Shown one piece after another: positions 19,454-28,607 of a DNA stretch of 64,000 nucleotides; within the stretch, counting starts at the first letter, position 1; each line of letters begins with the position of its first letter. The position numbers and the translations under genes were made by a program. The DNA comes from a virus. The stretch spans positions 1 through 64,000 of the IMG/VR virus record IMGVR_UViG_3300021375_000011; one strand, 5' to 3'. The notes under the pieces are model-generated. The model saw only the letters and a list, made by a program, of their open reading frames with translations. It was not told where the DNA came from and made no database searches.

Positions 19454-19971
19454 TTAAGTCCTGCTACCCTTAGGTGTTTAAGTGTTTGTTGTAGTAAATC
19501 AATCTGTCTTCTACAATCTTCTAATGCATGGTGACTTGCACGTGGCTTAGGCAAGTCTGGATACAAACTATAAACAGTTCTTGCATCTCTCACATTCCAA
19601 AATTGCCAAGGTATAGGCAATCCAAGTTGTTTGAATGCATTCTCAAGTATAACCATATCAAAGGTTGTACCATTGGCCCAAGTTAGTTTACAATGAAAGC
19701 ACAACTTGCTCAGTTCTTCTAATGCTTGTTTAAGTGGTATTCGACCTTCTTCACCAAATGCTTCATCCTGTGCTTCTTTGGGTTGTGTTGCCCACCATTC
19801 AACAGTTGAATCATCTACTTCTCTATCTGGTTGACTGTCTACATCAACTCTTGCATAGTAATCTTGTTTTTGGTAACCAACACTAAGTGGATCAAAGGTT
19901 TGGGCTGCTATTGTAAGAATACAAGCATCAGGGCCAGTACCTACAGTTTCTATATCTATCATAATATCCAT
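19450..19971 (-). CDS. DEDDh 3'-5' exonuclease (RNase AS/ExoVIII-like)
   Basis: IMIDIETVG, WANGTTFDMVILE, PWQFWNVRDART and HHALEDC motifs. Confidence 0.88.
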   Translation of the reverse strand: MDIMIDIETVGTGPDACILTIAAQTFDPLSVGYQKQDYYARVDVDSQPDREVDDSTVEWWATQPKEAQDEAFGEEGRIPLKQALEELSKLCFHCKLTWANGTTFDMVILENAFKQLGLPIPWQFWNVRDARTVYSLYPDLPKPRASHHALEDCRRQIDLLQQTLKHLRVAGLK

Positions 19972-19977
19972 ATTATC

Positions 19978-20005
19978 ATTATAACAGTAAATGAAACTAT
20001 GTCAA
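19978..20005 (-). promoter_or_regulatory. Sigma70 promoter for exonuclease/dNMP kinase
   Basis: Minus strand TTGACA-16 nt-TATAAT with TG extension. The predicted +1 falls at or near the ATG at 19971. Confidence 0.75.
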
Positions 20006-20006
20006 C

Positions 20007-20402
20007 CTATTTTCTTGTCTTAACTGTTTTCTTTGTACCAACTGTGCCTTTAAGGCTTGTCTTTGGTGGCTTGTATGCTTTTTGAACTTTGCCACCGGCA
20101 CTTACACTGCCTTTACGCAGTTTGTTTAGCATGCCTAATAGTCTACTTGCTGGATTTACTCTTTTGGTCTTCTTTGCTTTTCTTGCGGCAACTTTGCTTT
20201 TGGTTTTACGAGTCACTTTCATTTGTGCTCGCTTACGTTGATCTATTGGTGCATCACAGTCTTTGGCATTGCCAACAACACGACCTCTTCTTGTCCCGCT
20301 AGTACAACGCCATTTTGTTTTTAATTTATTCCCTGATCTACTGAACACCATTTCGTGTTCGTTGACAATCTCAGGTTTGGTAACAAACTCTTCAACACGC
20401 AT
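20007..20402 (-). CDS. Highly basic hypothetical protein
   Basis: Starts MRVEEFVTKPE at 20402 (TAATG coupling to gp13); K/R-rich, with a C-x-SGxRRGR-x5-K-x-C motif. Confidence 0.7.
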   Translation of the reverse strand: MRVEEFVTKPEIVNEHEMVFSRSGNKLKTKWRCTSGTRRGRVVGNAKDCDAPIDQRKRAQMKVTRKTKSKVAARKAKKTKRVNPASRLLGMLNKLRKGSVSAGGKVQKAYKPPKTSLKGTVGTKKTVKTRK

Positions 20403-21181
20403 TAGCCAATTACCCAAGTAAGTGGCTGCGATCCATCAACATAGTTTTTAAGTTCTTCAATTTTAGCATCCATAATAGCATTGCCTTCTGCTTTCATCTG
20501 TGCACCGTTTAGTGCAGTACCACCTTGTGGTCCGGCAATGGTAGCAAACTTTTCTCTTGCTTCACCAATAATAAGTTTAGCATTGCCAACCATGTAATCT
20601 CTTATCCACTGCGAAGTTGAAAAGTCTGAAAGTAACTGTACTTCAGGACGCAGATTATAGCACCAAAGCAGAACTACTTCTCCAGTGGCTTTGATATCTC
20701 TCATTATGGTAAGTTGTTTAGTAGCAGTATTGTAATTGTAATTCATAAACCCACCAAACATTTTTGCAGTGAGCTCGACATACTGTGAATAAAAATCGTA
20801 TGTAGCAAGTCCGCCCATTTGATTTCCGTTAAGCAGATATGTGTTTAAGGCGGCTGCACTGAACGGTTCAAATGCAGAGCCTTCGCCACCATTACTAAAA
20901 CCAATTGTACGTCTAAATATCTGACGCACGGTTTGTATTTCTTGTGGCAATGTATAGATATTTGTATCTTCTGAAAGTGTTAAGAAGTTATAGCTCTCTT
21001 CAAACGCATTTTCAGCACGTTGTCTATATGTGCCAATCGTTCTTTGGTAGATACTTTCATAATGACTTGCGTCAAGTTCAGTGTCAATTATGCCTTCGCC
21101 TAACTGCAACTTGACGTAGTCAAATGCTTCTTGCTTTTTAGTGTCTAGTGTTTGATCTAGTGTTTGCTGTGCTTCTGCCAT
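20402..21181 (-). CDS. gp13: Neck protein gp13-like
   Basis: YVKLQLGEGIIDTELD...WIRDY...GEAREKFATIAGPQGGTALNGAQMKAEG...PLTWVIG; TAAATA at 21200-21205. Confidence 0.8.
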   Translation of the reverse strand: MAEAQQTLDQTLDTKKQEAFDYVKLQLGEGIIDTELDASHYESIYQRTIGTYRQRAENAFEESYNFLTLSEDTNIYTLPQEIQTVRQIFRRTIGFSNGGEGSAFEPFSAAALNTYLLNGNQMGGLATYDFYSQYVELTAKMFGGFMNYNYNTATKQLTIMRDIKATGEVVLLWCYNLRPEVQLLSDFSTSQWIRDYMVGNAKLIIGEAREKFATIAGPQGGTALNGAQMKAEGNAIMDAKIEELKNYVDGSQPLTWVIG

Positions 21182-21211
21182 AATACCATCCTATGACAGT
21201 ATTTATGCAAT

Positions 21212-22474
21212 TTACCAGGCCTTCAGTATAACTACGTGTTCGTTGCCTCTACCGTTATACTTTATTTCGGTTGCTTTAATCCCAGCAAACTGTTTTCTAT
21301 TGTTAGGCTTGCCGCCTTTCATCAGTTCTTTGATCTGCTCTGCTGGTTTACGCAGTGTTTTCTGCACACTTTTGTTTGGATCAAAACCAATTACACTGTT
21401 ACTCTTTATACTATATGTTTTTATAGTTTCATCAGCAACTATATAGATCAACTTACGTGTTTTTGTATTATAAAGCCAGGCTTCTGTACCATGCACCATC
21501 TTCTCTGCACTAACACTCACAAGTCCTAGTTCTTCAAACTTCTTAAGATACTTAAACTTTCTTACCAACTGTGCCGGTGTCTTTTGTTTTGTTGGACGCG
21601 GTTGTCTGTCTGCTTTTTTAACCTGTACATAACTTGCACACTCAGCAACCACACGTTCAAAAAACTTTTGCAAACTACGTATCTGTAACTTGCCTAAATG
21701 GCTATATCCTTCTTCAAGTTGTGCTATCATATCAAGTTCTTGTTCTGACATCTTTGCCTGTTCTTTTTTACTAGGCGGATTCATCAACTCATTTATTTCA
21801 CTTAGTTGTGCCTTAAGTGGATCAGCAATAATATCAATTGTTTGCGGAGGGCATCCTTCATCACGTAGCAATTTCATAAGACTGTACTTGTCAGGATCCT
21901 TACAGTCGTTTGCCATAAACTGATCAACTAGTTCATGCACTGCACCTTCGATATCCATGGTCTTATCACGCATGTTCTCTTGTATACTTTTACGTGCAAC
22001 CGCTGGCTTTGTATTATCGACTACTAACTTTGGTGCTGGCATAGTTCTTGCCATTGCTTCTTTGACACTCTTCTTCACATAATCAGTTGTTGGTTGTACG
22101 TCGCCAACAGTGCCTGCTAATGTTTGCCAGTGTGCATTGTGTTCAGGATGTATGTCCGGCATTCCTTGTCTCAAACATCTTGCATAGATACTTGCATATA
22201 CCATCCCGTTGTGTCCATGACGTTTCATAGTGGAAATATCATCCTTACTATAGTCATTTTCTTTCATCCATGCAAGTAAATCAGGAAACAGTTCTATAGG
22301 TTTACGTTCTTGGTAATACCAATCAACTGAAACCATCTTGTGTTTATGATAGGCTTGTCCGCTCATTTGCAATGCCGTTGACCAATCAGGGTCTAGTGCT
22401 TTACTGCGTTGCTTTCTTATTACCGGCTTCTTCTTACGAGTGCCTGGCTTTAATAAGTTTTTGCCTTTTGCCAT
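21212..22474 (-). CDS. Hypothetical protein (T4-like phage type) under a sigma70 promoter
   Basis: 420-aa ORF with C-terminal WLYNTKTRKL..GFDPNKSVQKTLRKP..YNGRGN; RBS GGAG. Confidence 0.75.
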   Translation of the reverse strand: MAKGKNLLKPGTRKKKPVIRKQRSKALDPDWSTALQMSGQAYHKHKMVSVDWYYQERKPIELFPDLLAWMKENDYSKDDISTMKRHGHNGMVYASIYARCLRQGMPDIHPEHNAHWQTLAGTVGDVQPTTDYVKKSVKEAMARTMPAPKLVVDNTKPAVARKSIQENMRDKTMDIEGAVHELVDQFMANDCKDPDKYSLMKLLRDEGCPPQTIDIIADPLKAQLSEINELMNPPSKKEQAKMSEQELDMIAQLEEGYSHLGKLQIRSLQKFFERVVAECASYVQVKKADRQPRPTKQKTPAQLVRKFKYLKKFEELGLVSVSAEKMVHGTEAWLYNTKTRKLIYIVADETIKTYSIKSNSVIGFDPNKSVQKTLRKPAEQIKELMKGGKPNNRKQFAGIKATEIKYNGRGNEHVVILKAW

Positions 22475-22504
22475 ATTCTGCTCCTATATCTAACTGTTAC
22501 AAAG

Positions 22505-22604
22505 AGTATAACATGTATATAGTGTATGTCAACCAAAAAGTTCCAAGACTTTTGTTATTCTTTTCAAATAAAAAGGTTGACTTATACTCTAACTGTGTTA
22601 TTAT
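22505..22604. promoter_or_regulatory. Divergent pair of sigma70 (early) promoters
   Basis: Minus strand TTGACA-16-TATACT (22532-22505) and plus strand TTGACT-16-TATTAT (22577-22604). Both have TGn extensions and share an A/T-rich region between them. Confidence 0.75.
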
Positions 22605-22634
22605 GTATGTACAGTTAGAAAAAAGGAACAGTAT

Positions 22635-22862
22635 ATGAAGAAGAAAATACAAATTACTGGAATAGTAAAAGAAGATAGTGTTAATGTAGAATATGAAACT
22701 GGCAAGCACGATAGTGTTAGTAGTGCAGAAGCTGAATTGCTCACTATGATGGACTACACACAATCAGGTCCTTTTCCAGTTAATAATGTTAAACTAATTA
22801 AAACTATCTACAACTTTGTTGAGTGTTATAAGGATGAAATGGAGTTAAAATATGGATCATAA
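22635..22862 (+). CDS. Small early hypothetical protein
   Basis: 75 aa, RBS AAGGA, directly downstream of the sigma70 promoter. Confidence 0.7.
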   Translation: MKKKIQITGIVKEDSVNVEYETGKHDSVSSAEAELLTMMDYTQSGPFPVNNVKLIKTIYNFVECYKDEMELKYGS

Positions 22863-23016
22863 AAAAATGGAACTATACGAAAGACGTATAGACAACTGCT
22901 GGCAAGCCGCAGAACATTTTGCTGATGGCACATGGGGCAGAGAATATTGGACTCAGAATGCAATGTATCTGCTACGTAGAATGAACTGTTTTTTAAACGG
23001 AGGAACTGAAAAATGA
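22852..23016 (+). CDS. Small early hypothetical protein (54 aa)
   Basis: Manual translation MDHKKMELYERRIDNCWQAAEHFADGTWGREYWTQNAMYLLRRMNCFLNGGTEK; RBS GGAG; ATGA overlap with the next gene. Confidence 0.7.
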   Translation: MDHKKMELYERRIDNCWQAAEHFADGTWGREYWTQNAMYLLRRMNCFLNGGTEK

Positions 23017-23225
23017 AATTTATGTTAGTTACAATGGTGTTGGCCAATCCAATGACATATGCAGATAAGACAACATGTCTTACCGCAGTAGATGCACTTA
23101 AAAGTGTCGATATAGAAGCAGTGTGTATACCTGCTGGCATTGAACAACAAACTGCAAGTGATAAAATGATTGCAAACATGATGCAATTTATCACCAAATT
23201 AGAAACCATGAAGGCAAAACAATGA
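23013..23225 (+). CDS. Small early protein with hydrophobic N-terminus and two Cys
   Basis: 70 aa, RBS GGAGG, MKFMLVTMVLA...C...C. Confidence 0.7.
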   Translation: MKFMLVTMVLANPMTYADKTTCLTAVDALKSVDIEAVCIPAGIEQQTASDKMIANMMQFITKLETMKAKQ

Positions 23226-23521
23226 ATGAATCATTATTAGGTTTGCAGTTTGATGTAAGCAAATACCATAAAGGCATCCAACTTGTACTTGATTATAAAA
23301 AGTACGAGCTGAGCATTGTAAAACATGATGGAAGTTATGGTGGACCGCAAGGATTGTTTGAAATAATGGTAAGTGATAAAAGTGGTCACGGTGTCGAACT
23401 TCCAGGAATAACCGCAGAGGGAGATACTGTAAAAGGCTTCTTGACATTGGAAGAAGTTGGTGGCATCTGTAAGAAGTTATCTACTATCACTGGTAACGAT
23501 CCAGTGAAGGTTGCTATCTAA
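23222..23521 (+). CDS. Small phage hypothetical protein
   Basis: YELSIVKHDGSYGGPQGLFEI...TVKGFLT motif, a type seen in many phage early regions. Confidence 0.75.
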   Translation: MNESLLGLQFDVSKYHKGIQLVLDYKKYELSIVKHDGSYGGPQGLFEIMVSDKSGHGVELPGITAEGDTVKGFLTLEEVGGICKKLSTITGNDPVKVAI

Positions 23522-23551
23522 GGCCATAAATACAGTAAGAAGGATTACTGT

Positions 23552-24910
23552 ATGCCTAGACTAAGTTTATATCGCCCAAATCGTCAAAACGATTACAAAT
23601 TTATTGACCGCACTGTTATGGAAATGTATCAGGTTGGCGGTGTTGATATGTTTATTCACAAATATCTTGGACCAACACCACATGGTGATGATAGCTCAAG
23701 TGTAAGCGGCGGCACACAAGATGCCACACAGCCTGCTTATAGCAGTGAGTCTCCACTGTTCATTGAAGATTTGTTTCTATTAGAAAACAGAGACAGAAAG
23801 TATGACGATGATGTATACCAGATGCGTGGAGTATACAATGCACAAGACATTGACTTTGATCTAAGCCAATTTGGTTTATTTCTCAACAACGACACACTGT
23901 TTATTACTTTTCATTATAACTTTATGATTGACACACTTGGTCGTAAACTTATGAGTGGTGATGTATTAGAGCTTCCAAACCTAAAAGACTACAATCCATT
24001 AGACAGTGGTATTGCACGTGCTATTCCAAAATACTACGTAATACAAGATGCAGCTTTTGCCAGTGAAGGATTTTCACAAACTTGGTTACCGCACTTGTGG
24101 CGTGTGAAAGCAACGCCACTTGTAAGTGCTCAAGAGTATTATGATATACTTAAAAAGCCGTTTGAAGAGAAAAACATTTGGGACAACGGAAACTACTATC
24201 CAAAAGGCAGTATAGTACTAAGTGGAGACACATACTATAAGGCAATAGATGATGTAGATCCTGGTGTCGAGATTACTGATACCACAAAGTGGGAAGAGTT
24301 TACACCTCTTACAGAACAAGAAACCTTTTCCACTATGGTTAAGGATAGAGAAATAAACGATGCTATTCTTACACAAGCAGAATATGAAGTACCTTATAGT
24401 GGTTATGATAGTGTAAAATTTTACATTGTACCAACCAACGAAGATGGAAAACCAGCAGATCCAAACAGCTACACAGTTGACAACACAGGAATAACAGTCG
24501 ACACAACCAATGTTGATGTTGATGGACAACCACAAAGCCCAAGAGCAAATGGTTACACACTTGGATATCTAACTGGCGATGGTATTGCACCAAACGGATT
24601 ACCGGTTACACCAGGCACAAGTTTCCCACAAGGCGCACAAGAAGGTGACTTTGCACTACGTTTAGACTATTACCCAAATAGACTTTTTCGCTACAGTGGT
24701 TCAAGATGGGTTAAGTATGAAGACGATGTGAGGACTAATTTGACACCAGGTGATAAAGAAAAAGCAGTTGCAAACTATGGAAATGTTAAATCTCAAACAC
24801 AACGTAGCAGTTTTGTAAACAACACAAATAAAACAGATACAGAGGATCGTGGACAGATCGACGAAAGACAACCACTTAGTAAGATACTCAAACCGCAGGC
24901 CGACAACTAA
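23552..24910 (+). CDS. gp14: Neck protein gp14-like
   Basis: MPRLSLYRP..EDLFLLENRDRKY..FDLSQFGLFL..GDVLELP; precedes gp15; TAAATA at 23527. Confidence 0.6.
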   Translation: MPRLSLYRPNRQNDYKFIDRTVMEMYQVGGVDMFIHKYLGPTPHGDDSSSVSGGTQDATQPAYSSESPLFIEDLFLLENRDRKYDDDVYQMRGVYNAQDIDFDLSQFGLFLNNDTLFITFHYNFMIDTLGRKLMSGDVLELPNLKDYNPLDSGIARAIPKYYVIQDAAFASEGFSQTWLPHLWRVKATPLVSAQEYYDILKKPFEEKNIWDNGNYYPKGSIVLSGDTYYKAIDDVDPGVEITDTTKWEEFTPLTEQETFSTMVKDREINDAILTQAEYEVPYSGYDSVKFYIVPTNEDGKPADPNSYTVDNTGITVDTTNVDVDGQPQSPRANGYTLGYLTGDGIAPNGLPVTPGTSFPQGAQEGDFALRLDYYPNRLFRYSGSRWVKYEDDVRTNLTPGDKEKAVANYGNVKSQTQRSSFVNNTNKTDTEDRGQIDERQPLSKILKPQADN

Positions 24911-25182
24911 TGTTAGAATTTATAATATTTGGAATAGTAGATAATGCTATAATGATTCTTGGTGCAATGACTGGACTAAGTGTTGAAAAGTATCTACCAC
25001 CAGCATTTCAAAAAGGCATTGGTACAGTGGTTGGAGCAGGTTTAGGCAACGCTCTCAGTGACTTCTTAGGTGGTGCAAGTACTGCTAGTTGGGACCTTGC
25101 AATTGGTACTGCACTTGGTTGTTTAATTGGACTTGTTTTTATTCCTATCTTTAGATACATAGCAAACTGGAGAAAAGCATAA
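24910..25182 (+). CDS. TMEM65/VIT1-like small membrane protein
   Basis: FGIVDNAIMILG...GAGLGNALSDFLGG...GCLIG, with three hydrophobic helices. This matches the TMEM65 signature FGFLDNAIMI..GNxxSD..GCxxG. Confidence 0.65.
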   Translation: MLEFIIFGIVDNAIMILGAMTGLSVEKYLPPAFQKGIGTVVGAGLGNALSDFLGGASTASWDLAIGTALGCLIGLVFIPIFRYIANWRKA

Positions 25183-26585
25183 TGCAACAGTTTTTTTATG
25201 ATGAACAGATACGCAGGTTCTTATTGCAGTTTACTAGGGTATTTTCAAACTTTCAAGTAGAATACGGCAGAACAGAAGACAATTCACAAAAAGCATTGTA
25301 TAGAGTGCCTGTACGTTACGGCGACGCTACAAGACAAGCACAAACAATTATACAACAAAACAGTGCAAACAGTTTGCCAGCAACACCACTGATGACATTT
25401 CATGTAACAAATTTAAACTATGCACGTGATAGAATACAAGAACCTTATTTTGTACAAAAGCAAAATGTAAGACAACGTTATTGGGATACCGAATCAGAAT
25501 CCTACGAAACCACACAAGGCAATGCATTTACAATTGAAAAAATGATGCCTGTTCCATTTGATTTAGAAGTTAACTTAGACATATGGACATCAAATACCAA
25601 TCAAAAATTGCAATTACTAGAACAGTTGTTAACACTGTTTAACCCAAGTTTAGAAATACAAAGCACAGAAAACTTTATAGACTGGACCAGTTTAAGTGTT
25701 ATGTACTTAGAACAAGTTACATGGAGCTCACGTTCTATCCCCCAGGGCACAGACGATCCTATTGACATTGCTACACTAAGATTTGTAATGCCAATCTATA
25801 TTTCGCCACCAGCAAAGGTTAAAAAACTTGGTGTGGTAGAAAAAATTGTTGCTAGTGTATTTGACGGCAACGGCGATATGGCAGAAGCCATTTTTGATAG
25901 TGATCTACTACTAGGCACCAGACAAAAATTTACACCCTTCAATTATCAAACCTTACTAATTAGCAACAAACTACAAGTATTAGAAACCAAAGCAGTAGTC
26001 ACAAACAACGCAGGTGTACAGGTTCCAACTGCACCACCTAGCAACTTATTATGGCATACTGTAGTTGATTTATACGGTGCACTACGTAATGGTATAAGCC
26101 AAGTTAGATTAGACAATCCATATGATGACTCAATTATTGTTGGTACTGTATCCTATGATCCAACTGATGATAGATTTTTACTTTTTACCGTAGATGCTGA
26201 TACTATTCCTGCTAACACACTTGATGCAGTAAATGCTATTGTTGATCCACAAGCAAAAGGTCCTAACACTATAAACGGTTTACCCGCGGCAGCCGCTGGC
26301 CAAAGATATTTGTTTATCAACGATACAGGTAGTGGTAGTACAACAGATCCAGGATTTGCACAAGCATGGAGAGGCACTGACGGTTCAACACTTGTAGCAA
26401 ATACAAACGATATAGTAGAATATGATGGTACAAGATGGAACATTGCATTTGATTCTAGTAATGAAAGCAATGTACAATATGTAAGCAACCTTACTACTAG
26501 TGTTCAATACAGATGGGCTGCAGGCGAATGGTTAAAGAGCTATGAAGGCTTATACACAGAAGGTAACTGGAGTTTAGTTCTTTGA
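25182..26585 (+). CDS. gp15: Tail sheath stabilizer/terminator gp15-like with C-terminal extension
   Basis: FFYDEQIRRF..VPVRYGD..PVPFDLEVNLDIWT..QLLEQLLTLFNP..PPAKVKK. Confidence 0.8.
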   Translation: MQQFFYDEQIRRFLLQFTRVFSNFQVEYGRTEDNSQKALYRVPVRYGDATRQAQTIIQQNSANSLPATPLMTFHVTNLNYARDRIQEPYFVQKQNVRQRYWDTESESYETTQGNAFTIEKMMPVPFDLEVNLDIWTSNTNQKLQLLEQLLTLFNPSLEIQSTENFIDWTSLSVMYLEQVTWSSRSIPQGTDDPIDIATLRFVMPIYISPPAKVKKLGVVEKIVASVFDGNGDMAEAIFDSDLLLGTRQKFTPFNYQTLLISNKLQVLETKAVVTNNAGVQVPTAPPSNLLWHTVVDLYGALRNGISQVRLDNPYDDSIIVGTVSYDPTDDRFLLFTVDADTIPANTLDAVNAIVDPQAKGPNTINGLPAAAAGQRYLFINDTGSGSTTDPGFAQAWRGTDGSTLVANTNDIVEYDGTRWNIAFDSSNESNVQYVSNLTTSVQYRWAAGEWLKSYEGLYTEGNWSLVL

Positions 26586-27025
26586 TCAATGCAGTTGGTG
26601 TATGGTTCTACAGTATTAGTACCAATAGATATTTGTATCTACTTCGTAACGACAATAAAAATCCAGGATGTTGGGGATTGCCAGGTGGTAAAGTTGATAG
26701 TGGAGAAAATCTTACTGATGCAATACAACGCGAATGTTTAGAAGAGATTGGAATATGGCCTGAGATTGTAAAACTTGTTCCAATAGAAAAATTTACCAGT
26801 GCAGATAATCATTTTAGTTATCATACATTTTTTTGTCTTATTAATAACGAATTTACACCAATACTTAATAACGAACATCACGGTTACAGTTGGATTAAAT
26901 CTGGTGTGTGGCCAAAACCTTTACATCCAGGTTTATGGACAACAATAAATTTTGATGAAATATTACTTAAAATTGATACTATAAAAAAGTTTCAAATATC
27001 ACAATATGAAATGAACTCTGCGTAA
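26582..27025 (+). CDS. NUDIX hydrolase
   Basis: WGLPGGKVDSGENLTDAIQRECLEEIG Nudix box, plus LNNEH and LHPG motifs. Confidence 0.9.
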   Translation: MINAVGVWFYSISTNRYLYLLRNDNKNPGCWGLPGGKVDSGENLTDAIQRECLEEIGIWPEIVKLVPIEKFTSADNHFSYHTFFCLINNEFTPILNNEHHGYSWIKSGVWPKPLHPGLWTTINFDEILLKIDTIKKFQISQYEMNSA

Positions 27026-27681
27026 CGCATTTGATTGAAGTTTGCGTTTTTCCTCCACATATCATGGGCACTAGCTCCATCTGATACATAGTAAAAAATT
27101 ACACTAGGATAATCACCAATTACTTTGTTCACAGATTTGACTTTCTTTTCGTCTGGCTGATTAAATTTGTCTTGTGCATCTGCACCAATTAAAAAAACTT
27201 CTTTATGACCGTCAAAACAAGCAAGCCACATAGCAACTGCAAGACTTTTTCCCCGTACACCATAAGGCACAAGATAAAACTCACCTGGATCATCTATACA
27301 GTTACGTGCATGACTGTATACACTTACTTTCTCTTGATACTTTGCTTCTTTGATTTCTGCTAATTTTTCTTTATCAAATTCAACATAAAAATCGCATTGC
27401 ATTTCTCGCCAGCAGTCTTCAGATCCATAAGTTTGCAAACGTTTACGTCCTAGATGCCAACCAGCATGTTGTTCAATTTTTGTTTGTAGGTCCAGTTTGC
27501 CGTTGAACTTAGTATTGTAACGACTAGAACCATTTCCAATCACTGCGGCTCTGCCTGATATATGTTGGTTATCAATTGGATTACTAATCCATTCACGTTC
27601 CTGATGCTTTTTACCGCCAGAAATCTTATGTTCTACAATAACAAACTCGCCATCGTATTCAAGTCGATACCGTTCAGGCAT
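26992..27681 (-). CDS. Glycosyltransferase-like protein (Maf/DUF115 or sialyltransferase-like Rossmann fold)
   Basis: AAVIGNGSSR...LQTYG...AMWLACFDGHKEVFLIGAD; paralogous to 39424..40011. Confidence 0.55.
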   Translation of the reverse strand: MPERYRLEYDGEFVIVEHKISGGKKHQEREWISNPIDNQHISGRAAVIGNGSSRYNTKFNGKLDLQTKIEQHAGWHLGRKRLQTYGSEDCWREMQCDFYVEFDKEKLAEIKEAKYQEKVSVYSHARNCIDDPGEFYLVPYGVRGKSLAVAMWLACFDGHKEVFLIGADAQDKFNQPDEKKVKSVNKVIGDYPSVIFYYVSDGASAHDMWRKNANFNQMRYAEFISYCDI

Positions 27682-28583
27682 TACATACGCCCTACAAGTA
27701 CTTCTATTATTCCCGGACCTTCATCAGTTTTGTCTTCTATTGCTTTGCCGATTGCACTTCCAGAAGGTGGATTGTGTATGTCTCTATGTGCTTCTGCGTG
27801 TCCTGGTGTTGAACTGCTCACTAATATATCGCCTTTGTTAATGGTTCCTACAACTTTGCAAGGTACTCTTCCTAGTAAAGCAATACTTACACCATTTTCC
27901 AGACCACTGTTCATTAAATAGGCTGGGTCAGTTGATACTACGCCTGCAATTGCAACGCTTCGAGGTCTTTTGGTTTGTGTAACTTCTTCAGTTCCTCCAA
28001 GCTCAACTACTGTGCCTGCTTCATAATCTGCATCAGCAGTGTAACGTTCAGCCAAGTCAGCATATTTTGCACTGCTAGACAAACCTGTAATATTTGTACA
28101 GGCCAAGGTTTCACTACTTGGATTAAAAGTAAGGGTACCACCATCATATTTTACAGCAGTCAAAGCACCACTTGTTGTAGCGGCAAAGTATAAGTTAAAT
28201 GCAGTATTAGAACTGTTATCCTGTGACACTGTAGCACCTGCGGCCGCAAAACTTAGATTGCCACTAGCATCGGTAACCAATGCTTGTCCACTTGTGCCAT
28301 CTGCACTAGGTAAAGTAAAAATTAAATTTGAAGCGACTGTGCCAGGTGATTTAAATCCTACATAGTTTGAACTATCTGAGTCGCCAAGTCTTATTTCTGC
28401 TTGTGCATTAAGTGTAAGATTGCTTATACCAGTTTCTTTCAATAAAGCAAAGCCACCAGCAGTACTACCATCGTGTACCCTAAGAGTATCTAAGGTTGTA
28501 TCAACACTAAGTTCACCAGCAGTACCTGTGAAGTTGTTGTTTTGTGTAGTTGTTCCACGTCTAAATTGCAGTACGGTTGGCAT
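27681..28583 (-). CDS. Short tail fibre protein with Mtd-like N-terminus and chaperone-like C-terminal domain
   Basis: N-terminal VLQFRRGTT..FTGTAGELSVDT; C-terminal YADLAERY..GTVV..GVVSTDPAYLMN..GRVPCKV..IGKA. Confidence 0.8.
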   Translation of the reverse strand: MPTVLQFRRGTTTQNNNFTGTAGELSVDTTLDTLRVHDGSTAGGFALLKETGISNLTLNAQAEIRLGDSDSSNYVGFKSPGTVASNLIFTLPSADGTSGQALVTDASGNLSFAAAGATVSQDNSSNTAFNLYFAATTSGALTAVKYDGGTLTFNPSSETLACTNITGLSSSAKYADLAERYTADADYEAGTVVELGGTEEVTQTKRPRSVAIAGVVSTDPAYLMNSGLENGVSIALLGRVPCKVVGTINKGDILVSSSTPGHAEAHRDIHNPPSGSAIGKAIEDKTDEGPGIIEVLVGRM

Positions 28584-28607
28584 TCTGTTCTCCTAACAGT
28601 GTATTTA

